A model generated the notes under the pieces. That model searched no databases and was not told the DNA's origin. It saw nothing but the letters and a program-made list of their open reading frames with translations. Position numbers and translations under genes: made by a program. Positions 19,447 through 29,060 of a stretch of DNA of 64,000 nt are shown here, one piece after another. Numbering within the stretch: position 1 is the first letter of the stretch; each line of letters begins with the position of its first letter. This stretch comes from Negativicutes bacterium (GTDB taxonomy: Bacteria > Bacillota > Negativicutes > UBA1444), in the NCBI GenBank assembly GCA_963665275.2, contig CAXXIN010000016.1, positions 96,001 to 160,000 on the forward strand, in the 5' to 3' direction.

Positions 19447-21084
19447 TTAACGGGAATAGCGCGGGTACGCCAGTCGGAAAGCAAGGGTGATGAAGCCGCT
19501 GGCGACAAAGACAATCAGAATCAAAATGACCGAGAAGGCTGAGGCCTGAGCGAACTGCATTTCTGTCATACATTCGAGAATGCGGGTGGTTAATAGGGAC
19601 CAGTGCACAGAAACCAAAAAAATGGTGGCGCTGATTGCGGTCATTGCACGAATGAACAGGAATTTCATTCCAGCAGTCACGGCAGGGATGATAAGCGGCA
19701 GAGTAACCTTGCGGAAAGTGCCGAAGGCCGTTTCGCCAAGCGACAGAGAAGCTTCCTCCAGGGAAGGATCAAGTTGTTGCAGTGAAGCGACGGTGGAGCG
19801 GATACCGGTTGCATCATAGCGAAAAACATAAGCCGATACGATAATGGCCATGGTGCCGGTAAGCACAATCGGTCCGGTATTGAACGCGATAACATAAGAA
19901 ATGCCGACGACGGTTCCCGGCAAGGCGTAATTCAGCATGGACGCAAATTCCATGAAGCGCGAACCGGGAAATTTCATGCGGGAAGTCAGGTATCCGAAGG
20001 CTGTACCGAGGATTGCTCCAAGCGGCGTAACGACGCAGGCAATGACGAAGGTATCCTCGATCGCTTTCAGGCCGCGGGTGAATACGTAATTGTAATGGTC
20101 AAAAGTGAGTGTGTTATTGACACCCCAAACTTTGACCAGCGAACCGAGAAAGATGATCGCGTACAGAAAAAGGATAAAAGCGGAGACAAAAGCGCAAACA
20201 GCCAGAACGAATGCCTCGGGGCCTGTGCCGAGAGTTCTGATGCCGCTGCGCGGACCGGCTTTGCCGGTTATCGTGACGTAGCTCTTTTGGCCGACCCAGT
20301 AACGCTGGAGAAAATAGACGATCAGAGCCGGGATGAGCAGGATAAAGGACAGGGACGCGCCGCCGCGAAGATCGTGCAGACCGGTTATCTGCAGGTAAGC
20401 CTGGGTCGGTAGTACCGGAAAGGAGTGGCCGGCCAACACGAGCGGGGTGGCGAAATCGGCCAGTGAACTGGCAAACAGGAGCAGGAAGGCATTGGCCAGG
20501 CCGGGAGTCGTCAAAGGCAACGTCACGGAGAAGAAGGTGCCAAGACGCGACTTGCCGAGACTCAGCGAGGCATCTTCCAGATTGGGATCAATTGCGGCCA
20601 GGATGGCAGATAGCGTGAGAAAAGCCACCGGGAAAACAGTCAGCGTTTCCGACAGCCAAGTGCCCCAGAAGCCGTAAATATTAAACTGAGGCAGTCCCAA
20701 CCAGCGAAAGAGCATGCCATTAGGTCCCAAAGCCAAAGTAATGGCGATACTACTTGTGAAGGGTGGAGAGATGAGCGGCAGGATCGGCACGGCACTGAGA
20801 AACCATTTGACTGGCCGCGGCAGACTCATCCGGGTGACGGCAAAGGCAAAAATGAAGCCCAGCAGTACCCCGGCGAGGGATACTGCCAGCGCTAAATAAA
20901 GACTATTGAATACGGCAGCCCGATCGTACCAGTTCGTGAAAACACGCATCAAACTGGCCAGGCTGAAGTACCCGTCGGCGAAAAACGTGACCTGAAGTAA
21001 TCGGACAAACGGATAGAGCACGAATACGCCGAGCGAAAGCCATAAAGCGGTGATGGCCGCGATGAGGGCAGGATCACGTCTCAT
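19447..21084 (-). CDS. ABC transporter permease (FbpB/AfuB type, two EAA loops)
   Basis: DPNLEDASLSLG and DPSLEEASLSLG loops; about 12 TM. Confidence 0.92.
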   Translation of the reverse strand: MRRDPALIAAITALWLSLGVFVLYPFVRLLQVTFFADGYFSLASLMRVFTNWYDRAAVFNSLYLALAVSLAGVLLGFIFAFAVTRMSLPRPVKWFLSAVPILPLISPPFTSSIAITLALGPNGMLFRWLGLPQFNIYGFWGTWLSETLTVFPVAFLTLSAILAAIDPNLEDASLSLGKSRLGTFFSVTLPLTTPGLANAFLLLFASSLADFATPLVLAGHSFPVLPTQAYLQITGLHDLRGGASLSFILLIPALIVYFLQRYWVGQKSYVTITGKAGPRSGIRTLGTGPEAFVLAVCAFVSAFILFLYAIIFLGSLVKVWGVNNTLTFDHYNYVFTRGLKAIEDTFVIACVVTPLGAILGTAFGYLTSRMKFPGSRFMEFASMLNYALPGTVVGISYVIAFNTGPIVLTGTMAIIVSAYVFRYDATGIRSTVASLQQLDPSLEEASLSLGETAFGTFRKVTLPLIIPAVTAGMKFLFIRAMTAISATIFLVSVHWSLLTTRILECMTEMQFAQASAFSVILILIVFVASGFITLAFRLAYPRYSR

Positions 21085-22130
21085 TTGATTACTTCGTTGA
21101 TCCAGCGATCAACCAGATGCTGCCGGTCTTTACCGGCTTTTAGAATGTCAACTTCGACGAATTTGACTTTGGACATGTCAAGTGCCGGATCAGTGACTTT
21201 CACATCAGGGTTGGTCGGGATGAAGAAGATCTTATTGGTTTCATATAGTTTCTGCATGTCGGCCGTCGAGGCCCAATCAAGGAACTTTTTCGCCAATTCG
21301 GGTTGCTTGGCGCCCTTGATCATCGCCATCGCTTCCACGGCATAAGCGACTCCCTCCTTGGGATAACTGACGACAACATCATACCCTTGCGCTTTGGTTT
21401 CCAGCGAATCTACCAGAAAGAAAATTCCGCCGACTGCCTGACCGTTGGCGATGGGCAACGTTCCGCCGCCGCCGCTTTTGGTATACATCTGCACGTTTTG
21501 ATGCAGCTTCTTTTGGTAGTCATAGGCTTTGTCTTCACCCATTACGTAAGTCAGACTGAGGATGCGAGAGATCGCGGTCCCGGACGTGCGGGCATCCGCG
21601 GTCTGCAGACCATTCTTAAAGGCGGGATTTAGCAGTTCATCCCAGGAAGTGGGCGCTGGAATATTTTTTTCCTTGAGAAACTTGTTGTTGAACATGAAAC
21701 TGATTGGATCAACAGCGACACCAACCCAGAAATTTTTGGGATCCTTGAATTTTGCCGGGATCTTGTCGGCACTCTTGGGTGCATATGCCTCAAAAACCCC
21801 TTGCTCCACGCCGGCAGCGAAGGTGTCCGCCGGACCGCCAAAAAGCACATCGACCTGCGGGTTGCCTTTTTCCGCCACGATGCGGGCTAATGCTTCACCA
21901 GAGGAGAAGCGGAGAAAATTGACCTTGATGCCGGTTTCTTTGGTGAATGCGGCAAATACCGCGGAAGAGTATTTTTCCGGCCAGATTGTATAAATGTTGA
22001 TTGTTTCGGCTTTGGCCGGAGCAGCAGATTTGTCGGCGGGTTTGGATTCGCCGCCGCCGCACCCGGTGATCAACAGTGCAACCAGAGAAAAGATCAATAC
22101 TAGAATCAGGTGTTTTTTGATTGATGTCAT
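21081..22130 (-). CDS. ABC substrate-binding lipoprotein (AfuA-like variant)
   Basis: Lipobox ITGC; RFSSGE, FGGPAD, RTSGTA. Confidence 0.9.
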   Translation of the reverse strand: MTSIKKHLILVLIFSLVALLITGCGGGESKPADKSAAPAKAETINIYTIWPEKYSSAVFAAFTKETGIKVNFLRFSSGEALARIVAEKGNPQVDVLFGGPADTFAAGVEQGVFEAYAPKSADKIPAKFKDPKNFWVGVAVDPISFMFNNKFLKEKNIPAPTSWDELLNPAFKNGLQTADARTSGTAISRILSLTYVMGEDKAYDYQKKLHQNVQMYTKSGGGGTLPIANGQAVGGIFFLVDSLETKAQGYDVVVSYPKEGVAYAVEAMAMIKGAKQPELAKKFLDWASTADMQKLYETNKIFFIPTNPDVKVTDPALDMSKVKFVEVDILKAGKDRQHLVDRWINEVIK

Positions 22131-22167
22131 ACGCGTATCCCCCTTTATTTAATTTACATGTTGTAAG

Positions 22168-23220
22168 CTATTTCTCCATGACGGTTTTCCGAAAAGTTTC
22201 TTTCACGGATTCCGCTTCTTTGGCGAACTTGGCCCAGTCGAGCATGGGCGAGTTCTTGGTTATGACCGCTTTGTCGGGAGCTCCCTGGGGCGGCGGGACA
22301 TCATCCCGTACGGAATGCATCCAGCCTTTGGTAACGATGGCCTGCTGACCGTCTTTGGAAAGCCACCAGTCAGTCACTGCTTTGGCTGCTTCGGGATTTT
22401 GCGTACTGGTAAAAATGGCAATCGGGCTGGGCAATATTACCGCTCCGTCAGTTGGATAGGCAACTTTCAACGGTTCGCCCTTGGCGGAAACCTTGAGAAT
22501 GTTTTCTTCACCAATGATGCCGACAAAATATTCACCGGTGATGAGCTTGTTTTGGACAGCGGTGTTACCGCCTTCGATTTTAAGACCGTTGGCCTTGAGT
22601 GCTTTAAAATAATCCCATCCATAGCGCTGGGAAAGATCGGCCGCGACTGTGAGGATGGACCCCGATAGCAGCGGATTAGCCATGGAAAGTTTGTCTTTCC
22701 ATTTGGGATCTGTTAAATCCTTAAAGGTTTTGGGGGCTTCTTCCGGTTTAACTTTGGTTGTATTGTAAGCTATCAGCATGTAACTGAGGCGGACGCCGGT
22801 CCAGTAGCCTTCCGTGTCTTTATATTTTTCACCGACGAATTTGCGGTTGGGAGCGTCAAATTTCAGCAGTAGATTCTTTTCTTTGAGCGTGATGTAGTAA
22901 CCAGGGTCGGAAACCATGAGTACATCGGCCTGGATCTTTTTCGCTTCAATTTCTCCGGCCAGTTTGGTCATGACTTGTTCGGATCCCGCTTGAAACCATT
23001 GAACATCGAGATTGGGAAACGCTTTCTTCAGTTCAGGTTTGACGGCTTCGATGATATCCGGGAACATTGAAGTGTAAATCATCAGTTTACCTGAAGGGCC
23101 GGCTGGTTTGGCAGGTTCTGCCGCTTTTTTGACATCGCCGCCACAGCCTGCGGACAATGCGGTGAAAAGGACGAGAATGAGGAGTGCGGCAGTCAGTTTG
23201 GCTTTTTTCATAAGATTCAT
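22168..23220 (-). CDS. ABC substrate-binding lipoprotein (AfuA/FbpA family)
   Basis: Lipobox SAGC; paralog of 13675 and 29061 proteins. Confidence 0.9.
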   Translation of the reverse strand: MNLMKKAKLTAALLILVLFTALSAGCGGDVKKAAEPAKPAGPSGKLMIYTSMFPDIIEAVKPELKKAFPNLDVQWFQAGSEQVMTKLAGEIEAKKIQADVLMVSDPGYYITLKEKNLLLKFDAPNRKFVGEKYKDTEGYWTGVRLSYMLIAYNTTKVKPEEAPKTFKDLTDPKWKDKLSMANPLLSGSILTVAADLSQRYGWDYFKALKANGLKIEGGNTAVQNKLITGEYFVGIIGEENILKVSAKGEPLKVAYPTDGAVILPSPIAIFTSTQNPEAAKAVTDWWLSKDGQQAIVTKGWMHSVRDDVPPPQGAPDKAVITKNSPMLDWAKFAKEAESVKETFRKTVMEK

Positions 23221-23265
23221 ACCCCCTTGTCTTAAAATGTGAAAAACTTATAGTGTTCGGGAAGG

Positions 23266-23338
23266 AAAATAAAACCGGGATATCTGTGCGGGTGTACCAC
23301 GACACAGACACCCCGGACTTCTCTAAATCTCTGTCCTG
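23266..23338 (-). promoter_or_regulatory. Leader attenuator copy A (antiterminator-like stem-loop overlapping a terminator)
   Basis: Minus strand: GGAC-AGAGATTTAGAGAA-GTCC overlapping CCGGGGTGTCTGTG...CACAGATATCCCGG-TTTTATTTT. Confidence 0.7.
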
Positions 23339-23408
23339 AAGATGTTTCGAATTTGCTCCATTTTAATTGACGAAGAAGTGTTAGCTGATTCTAATCCTGC
23401 CTTTGAGA

Positions 23409-24482
23409 CTATTTCACTATATGGAGCTTGTTCGGCGCAATGACCAGGAATACCTGCTCATCGGCAGCGAATGTTTCGTGATTCGCAGGATCAGGATCAA
23501 CGATAAGCAAGTTTTGTCCATGTGCTGAGATGATGTAATCCTGATAAGATCCCATAAAAACGGAAGAGGCAATTTTGGCCGGGATGCCTGCAGTTCGCGA
23601 GAGTACGACAGCTTCGGGGCGGACGATCAATTTCACGGAATCCCCGATTTTCAGAAGCAGCTCAGTTTTGACATAAAAACTGGTTCCGAGCGTTTCGACT
23701 TCGACTTCTCCGACTGTAGCTGTTTTCACTGTGCTGGGAATAATGTTGGCTGTGCCTATAAAATCCGCCACAAACTGACTGGATGGCGTGGCGTATATTT
23801 CTTTCGGTGTGCCCATTTGTTCGACCACACCTTTGTTCATGACGATGATGCGGTCCGACATGCTCATTGCTTCTGCTTGGTCATGGGTGACATAAATGCT
23901 GGTGATACCGAACTGGCGCTGGATTTTGCGAATTTCGCGCCGCATGTGAATGCGCAGTTTGGCGTCGAGGTTGGAGAGCGGTTCGTCGAACAGGAGCACC
24001 GAAGGCTCCATGACTAGCGCACGGGCCAGCGCGACACGCTGTTGTTGGCCGCCCGAGAGTTGGTTGGGCGAGCGGTTTTCCAAGTCGGCGAGTCCGACCA
24101 GACCGAGAAGTTCCGTAACTTTCACGCGAATGTCATCTGTTTTCATTTTTTTGATTTTTAATCCGTAAGCGACGTTTTCAAATACATTCAAATGCGGAAA
24201 TAGTGCATAGCTTTGGAAAACCATGGCCGTATCCCGCCGATCCGGCGTTAATGTATTGACCCGTACTCCACCGATGAGAACATCACCGCTGTTGGGGTTT
24301 TCAAAACCGGCTATCATCCGCAAAATAGTAGTTTTACCGCAGCCGGAAGGTCCCAGAAGAGTGACAAACTCACCGGGTTCAATGGTGAGGGAGACATTAT
24401 CGACGGCGGTTACTTTTTTGCCACCGGAACCTTCGAAAATTTTTACGAGCTTCTTTACACTGACATTTTTGGATGTTGACAA
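23409..24482 (-). CDS. ABC transporter ATP-binding protein (FbpC/AfuC type)
   Basis: Walker A GPSGCGKT, LSGGQQQR; SD AAGGAGG before TTG 24482. Confidence 0.92.
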   Translation of the reverse strand: MSTSKNVSVKKLVKIFEGSGGKKVTAVDNVSLTIEPGEFVTLLGPSGCGKTTILRMIAGFENPNSGDVLIGGVRVNTLTPDRRDTAMVFQSYALFPHLNVFENVAYGLKIKKMKTDDIRVKVTELLGLVGLADLENRSPNQLSGGQQQRVALARALVMEPSVLLFDEPLSNLDAKLRIHMRREIRKIQRQFGITSIYVTHDQAEAMSMSDRIIVMNKGVVEQMGTPKEIYATPSSQFVADFIGTANIIPSTVKTATVGEVEVETLGTSFYVKTELLLKIGDSVKLIVRPEAVVLSRTAGIPAKIASSVFMGSYQDYIISAHGQNLLIVDPDPANHETFAADEQVFLVIAPNKLHIVK

Positions 24483-24498
24483 ACCGATGGCCTCCTTA

Positions 24499-26178
24499 TC
24501 ACCCTTGAACGTCCGAAATTTTAACTCCCATGCGGCCGAGTAGCAATTTGAGAATACCTGTGACAATAAGAACGATGATGATCAACACGGTTGAGTAAGC
24601 CGCGGCCACCCCCAGCTTTCCGCCATCAACCTGGGACATGATGGATACAGTCAGTAGATTGTAACTGGCGGAAACCAGAAAAATAACCGCACTGACCGCA
24701 GTCATGCTGCGGACGAAACTGTACACCAAGCCGCTAAAAAAAGCCGCCTTGATCAGAGGGATCGTGACGGATGTGAATACTTTGAATGAACTTGCGCCCA
24801 AGTCTTGAGCCGCTTCTTCGATGGCCGGATCTATCTGCTGCAGCGAGGCGATACCGGCGCGAATTCCGACCGGCATGCTGCGAAAGACGAAGGAGAGCAC
24901 GATGATTGTCGCAGTTCCCGTCAAGACCAGAGGTTCCTTGTTATAGGCCAGCACATAGCCTACGCCAATGACGGTGCCGGGGATTGCCATAGAGAGCAGC
25001 GAAGTAAATTCGATAAGACCTCGTCCCATAAATTTCTTGCGAACGATCAGAAACGCGATGACCATACCGAGAATGCCGGTAATCGGCATAGAGACGAGGG
25101 CGAGCCAAGTAGTGTCAATGATAGGCTTGAGGCCGAGTTCCATAACATAGCGGTAATGTTTCAGCGTTGGAGTATAATCGATTCCCCAGAGATTCACCAG
25201 TGACCCGTAAGGAATCAAGGCATACAGGATAAGGATGAATAAGCTGACAAGCAGGCAGGGGATACCGACAAAAAATAACGGCAGAGGATCGGCGGTCAGT
25301 TCGCGTTCGCGCGAGGGTTTGCCGGTCACTGTCACATAAGACTTGTCACCGACCCAATATTTCTGCGCCACAAACATCAGTACGGAAACTGTGAGCAGAA
25401 CTGTGGCCAGTGCCGTGCCACCCTTCAAATCGTAATTTCCCATGGCCTGCATATAGATTTGCGCCGCCAGAGTCGTGTAATTGCCACCGATCACCATGGC
25501 ATTACCGAAGTCGGCCACGCTCTGGATGAATACCAGCAGAAAAGCATTGGCAATACCGGGGCGGACCAAAGGCAAAACAATGGTACGGAAGATGTGGCCG
25601 CGGGAGGCGCCCATATTACGGGCCGCTTCTTCATAGGACGGATCGATTTGCCTCAGCAGACCAGCCAATACCAGAAAGGCGACAGGAAAGAAGGTCAGCA
25701 CCTGGACGGTGGCGAGTCCCTCAAAGCCGTAAACATTGGTTTCCTTTAGACCCAGAATTGTCCGGGTCACAAAACCCTGCTGGCCGAACAGCATAATGAA
25801 TGACATCGAGAGCGCGAATGGCGGGGAAATGATCGGCAGAATAGCCAACGTATTGAAGAGGCTTTTGAACCGTATCTTCAGGAAAGCGTCAGCGTAGGCG
25901 AATAAGAACCCGACAAAAGTCGACACCGCGCTGACGAAAATCCCCAACCATACAGTATTGGCGAGTGTTTTCAGGTTATCCATCTTGCTGAGCGAGTCGC
26001 GGAAGTAATTGAGTGTAAAGGTTCCTTCATCCGTGAAGAACCCTTCCCACAATACCTCATAAAGCGGCCACAGGATAAATAAAACCAGAGAAGCCGCCAC
26101 GAGAATAATCGTGGCGGCAAGAATGGGATCACGTGTAATCATTCGTAGTTCATCGAGTTTACGACGGATAATATTCAC
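24499..26178 (-). CDS. ABC transporter permease (AfuB type)
   Basis: Two EAA loops (YEEAARNMGAS, IEEAAQDLGAS). Confidence 0.92.
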   Translation of the reverse strand: MNIIRRKLDELRMITRDPILAATIILVAASLVLFILWPLYEVLWEGFFTDEGTFTLNYFRDSLSKMDNLKTLANTVWLGIFVSAVSTFVGFLFAYADAFLKIRFKSLFNTLAILPIISPPFALSMSFIMLFGQQGFVTRTILGLKETNVYGFEGLATVQVLTFFPVAFLVLAGLLRQIDPSYEEAARNMGASRGHIFRTIVLPLVRPGIANAFLLVFIQSVADFGNAMVIGGNYTTLAAQIYMQAMGNYDLKGGTALATVLLTVSVLMFVAQKYWVGDKSYVTVTGKPSRERELTADPLPLFFVGIPCLLVSLFILILYALIPYGSLVNLWGIDYTPTLKHYRYVMELGLKPIIDTTWLALVSMPITGILGMVIAFLIVRKKFMGRGLIEFTSLLSMAIPGTVIGVGYVLAYNKEPLVLTGTATIIVLSFVFRSMPVGIRAGIASLQQIDPAIEEAAQDLGASSFKVFTSVTIPLIKAAFFSGLVYSFVRSMTAVSAVIFLVSASYNLLTVSIMSQVDGGKLGVAAAYSTVLIIIVLIVTGILKLLLGRMGVKISDVQG

Positions 26179-26191
26179 TTTTATAACCTAC

Positions 26192-27238
26192 TTACTTAAT
26201 CGCGTTGTTCCATTTTTCGACCAAGGCGCTGCGGTTTTTGCCGGCCCATTCGAGATTATATTCAATCAGTTTGGTGTTTTTAATCGGTTCAGCCTGTTTC
26301 GGCGGATTCGCGTCAGAATTGGTCAGGAATTGGTACGAGCCTACTGCCTGGCCGAATTCCTGGCCTTTTTTGGAAAGGGCCCAATCAACCCATTTTTTTG
26401 CGGCTTCTTGATCAGGGCCACCCTTGATGATCGCGACGGCGCCAATTTCATAGCCGGTGCCTTCAGAGGGTGCAGATAAGACAAGGTCTTTCATTCCTTC
26501 TTCCTGATACTTGATTGCATCATGCAGGAAAGTCAGGCCAACTGTAACTTCGCCTTGACCTGCCATACGCGCCGGTGCAGTGCCGGTTTTCTGATAAACT
26601 TTGATTTGGCCATTTAATTTCTTCATGTACTCCAGGCCTTTTTCCTCACCCATGAGCTGCACGATGGTTGCCAACATGGTATAAGCGGTGCCTGAGGCGC
26701 CGGGATTGGCCATCGATACTTGCCCTTTCAATTCCGGGCGAAGCAGATCCTGCCAGGATTGCGGCACAGGAATGCCTTTTTCCTTTAGTAGCTTTTCATT
26801 GGAGGAGAATCCGAGATAGCCAACATAGATGCCGGTCCAGAAGCCATCGGCGTCTTTGAATTTAGCCGGAATTTTCGCGGCATTGGGAGAGTCGTATTTT
26901 TCAAACAAACCGTCCTGTTTGGCAGCGATAAAGGCATCGGCAGGTCCTCCCCACCACACACTGGCTTTGGGATTGCTTTTCTCAGCTTTGATTCGACCGA
27001 GGATTTCGCCGGAGCTCATACGCACGGCTTCAACTTTGATGCCGGTATCTTTTTGAAACTCCTGGACCGCCTTTGCCATGTGATCTTCCATCAGGCCACA
27101 ATACAACGTAAGCTTAAGCGGTTTCGCTTCAGGCTTTGCGGGGGTACTGCCACCACAACCTGCCAGTGCAAGTGATGCAACAAATACAAACAGGACCAAC
27201 AGACTGGAAACCTTCAGGCTTTTGTGAGTCATCTTCAA
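26192..27238 (-). CDS. ABC substrate-binding lipoprotein, AfuA sugar-phosphate-binding type
   Basis: Lipobox LAGC; RMSSGE, WGGPAD, SGTAY, TFLHD and PSEGTGYEIG, which resemble the AfuA sugar-phosphate site as I recall it. Confidence 0.85.
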   Translation of the reverse strand: MKMTHKSLKVSSLLVLFVFVASLALAGCGGSTPAKPEAKPLKLTLYCGLMEDHMAKAVQEFQKDTGIKVEAVRMSSGEILGRIKAEKSNPKASVWWGGPADAFIAAKQDGLFEKYDSPNAAKIPAKFKDADGFWTGIYVGYLGFSSNEKLLKEKGIPVPQSWQDLLRPELKGQVSMANPGASGTAYTMLATIVQLMGEEKGLEYMKKLNGQIKVYQKTGTAPARMAGQGEVTVGLTFLHDAIKYQEEGMKDLVLSAPSEGTGYEIGAVAIIKGGPDQEAAKKWVDWALSKKGQEFGQAVGSYQFLTNSDANPPKQAEPIKNTKLIEYNLEWAGKNRSALVEKWNNAIK

Positions 27239-27285
27239 ACCTCCCCAGTTTTCTCCTTTATTACTTGGCGGCTACGTCGCGGCAG

Positions 27286-27353
27286 AAAAAAACCGGGAGC
27301 TTGCGTAATGCAACGCAAGCATCCCGGGAATTTCTCTTAATCTCTCTTCCCTG
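27286..27353 (-). promoter_or_regulatory. Leader attenuator copy B
   Basis: Minus strand: GGGAA-GAGAGATTAAGAGAAA-TTCCC overlapping CCGGGATGCTTGCGT...ACGCAAGCTCCCGG-TTTTTTT. Confidence 0.75.
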
Positions 27354-27398
27354 CAAATGCGATATTCTAAGTAACTATCATACCTTATATCCAGCATT

Positions 27399-27428
27399 AG
27401 TATAGCGCTGTCTGGGGCGGTTCGTCAA
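27399..27428 (-). promoter_or_regulatory. Sigma-A promoter (leftward)
   Basis: TTGACG-18-TATACT on the minus strand. Confidence 0.55.
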
Positions 27429-27443
27429 TCACAAATCCCGTAA

Positions 27444-27472
27444 TTGACGGCTTGGCGAATCCAAGTTATAAT
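27444..27472 (+). promoter_or_regulatory. Sigma-A promoter (rightward, phoU operon)
   Basis: TTGACG-17-TATAAT. Confidence 0.7.
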
Positions 27473-27513
27473 AATTTTAATATTTAGATATGCATCATTT
27501 TTTAGGCAGCTTT

Positions 27514-27585
27514 GGGAAAAGAGAGCAAGAGAAATTCCCGGTATGTTGGTGGCTTTTTGTCGCCCGTCCGGGGTTTTGTGTTTTT
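27514..27585 (+). promoter_or_regulatory. Leader attenuator copy C
   Basis: GGGAA-AAGAGAGCAAGAGAAA-TTCCC overlapping CCCGGTATG..GGTGGC..GTCGCC.CGTCCGGGG-TTTTGTGTTTTT. Confidence 0.72.
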
Positions 27586-27623
27586 GGCAAGATATAGGAT
27601 TCGGGAAAGAAAGGGTGGCGGAA

Positions 27624-28295
27624 ATGGAACGAAAAATGTACTCGGAAGAGCTGGCGGGCATCAAGCAGTTGACCCTTGACATGGGGCAGAAGACCGTTGA
27701 TGCTGTAAAGTTTTCCGCGCAAGCTCTTATATCGAACGATCAGGATGCGGCGGTTCGCGCCCGAAATTTGGAAAAAGAAGTGGACGACATTTATCGGCAA
27801 GTTGATGACCGTTGCATCATTAGCATCGCAACACAACAACCCATGGCGGGAGACCTGCGATTTTTGGTTTCAACGCTCAAGATCGCCACAGAAATTGAAA
27901 GAATTGCTGATTATGCCAATAATATTGCAAAAATGGTGCAAAAGAAGTTTGCCCAGGAAGATATGTCGCCGATTGAGTCCATGAAACCGGCAGTGGATAT
28001 CATGGCCAGGGAAGCTGTCAGTATGCTGGAGGAAGCACTGGAGGCCTACCGCAAAAATGATCCTGAAATGGCGATTTTGGTTCCAAAACGCGATGCACTG
28101 GTGAACCGGTTGAATAAAGACTTGTTCCGCAACATTCTGGCCATGGCAACGGTGAAACAGTATGCGAACGAACTGGCAATGGATTTTCACACCACAGTGC
28201 GCTATATCGAGCGTGTGGCAGACCGGTCAGGCAATGTTGCCGAATATGTTTATTATGCAGCTACCGGATACCGATTCCCCGACAATAAAAAATAA
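27624..28295 (+). CDS. phoU: Phosphate signalling complex protein PhoU
   Basis: QQPMAGDLR, EIERIADYANNIA, RYIERVADR..NVAE. Confidence 0.92.
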   Translation: MERKMYSEELAGIKQLTLDMGQKTVDAVKFSAQALISNDQDAAVRARNLEKEVDDIYRQVDDRCIISIATQQPMAGDLRFLVSTLKIATEIERIADYANNIAKMVQKKFAQEDMSPIESMKPAVDIMAREAVSMLEEALEAYRKNDPEMAILVPKRDALVNRLNKDLFRNILAMATVKQYANELAMDFHTTVRYIERVADRSGNVAEYVYYAATGYRFPDNKK

Positions 28296-28330
28296 CCGAC
28301 GCAGCTTCAGGTGGAAAGGGGGCGCGTATT

Positions 28331-28993
28331 TTGCCGGCAGAGCTGATTGAAATCATACGATTGATAGCGGCTGCGTTTTTGGGCGGGGTCATCGGACTTG
28401 AAAGGCAACAGCGGCACAAGTCGGCTGGACTGCGGACCCATATCTTGGTTTGCCTGGGTTCCTGTCTCGTGATGCTGATCTCCTATAAGATCTATTCGGA
28501 GGTTCAGGGCCTGACCAACGCCGACCCTGCCCGTCTGGCGGCCCAAGTCGTTAGCGGCATCGGTTTTCTTGGCGCAGGCACCATCATGAAAGAAGGCTTG
28601 ACCATCAAAGGACTGACTACGGCGGCCAGCTTGTGGGTCGTCGCCGGAGTCGGTCTGGCGGTAGGGGCGGGATATTATATCGGGGCTGTTACCACCACTG
28701 TTTTGTCGGTGCTCGCGCTTACCTATTTGCCGCGTTTTGAACGACTGTATGGGTGCGGGCCTTCTCAGGTGGCACTTATCGTTCACTCGGTGGACAAACC
28801 GGGTCAGATTGGCAGGGTCGGATCATATCTGGGAACCAAAAATGTTGCGATTTGCGATATAAAAATTGATGAAGTCGGAAAAAACGACATTCATATTTCT
28901 GTGATTGTTGATGTTACCGATCGTCGTATCGTGCCTGAAATTATTGATGGATTAAAAGGAATCGAAGGAGTTATTGACGTCCAACCGGAATGA
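28331..28993 (+). CDS. MgtC/SapB family protein with C-terminal ACT-like domain
   Basis: IGLERQ..KSAGLRTH, DPARLAAQVVSGIGFLGAG, GLTTAASLW. Confidence 0.92.
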   Translation: MPAELIEIIRLIAAAFLGGVIGLERQQRHKSAGLRTHILVCLGSCLVMLISYKIYSEVQGLTNADPARLAAQVVSGIGFLGAGTIMKEGLTIKGLTTAASLWVVAGVGLAVGAGYYIGAVTTTVLSVLALTYLPRFERLYGCGPSQVALIVHSVDKPGQIGRVGSYLGTKNVAICDIKIDEVGKNDIHISVIVDVTDRRIVPEIIDGLKGIEGVIDVQPE

Positions 28994-29060
28994 TAAACGG
29001 CAAGTCGATAGTCCTGGATGAATGAATCCAATACAATAGATGAAAGGATGGGGTAATGGG

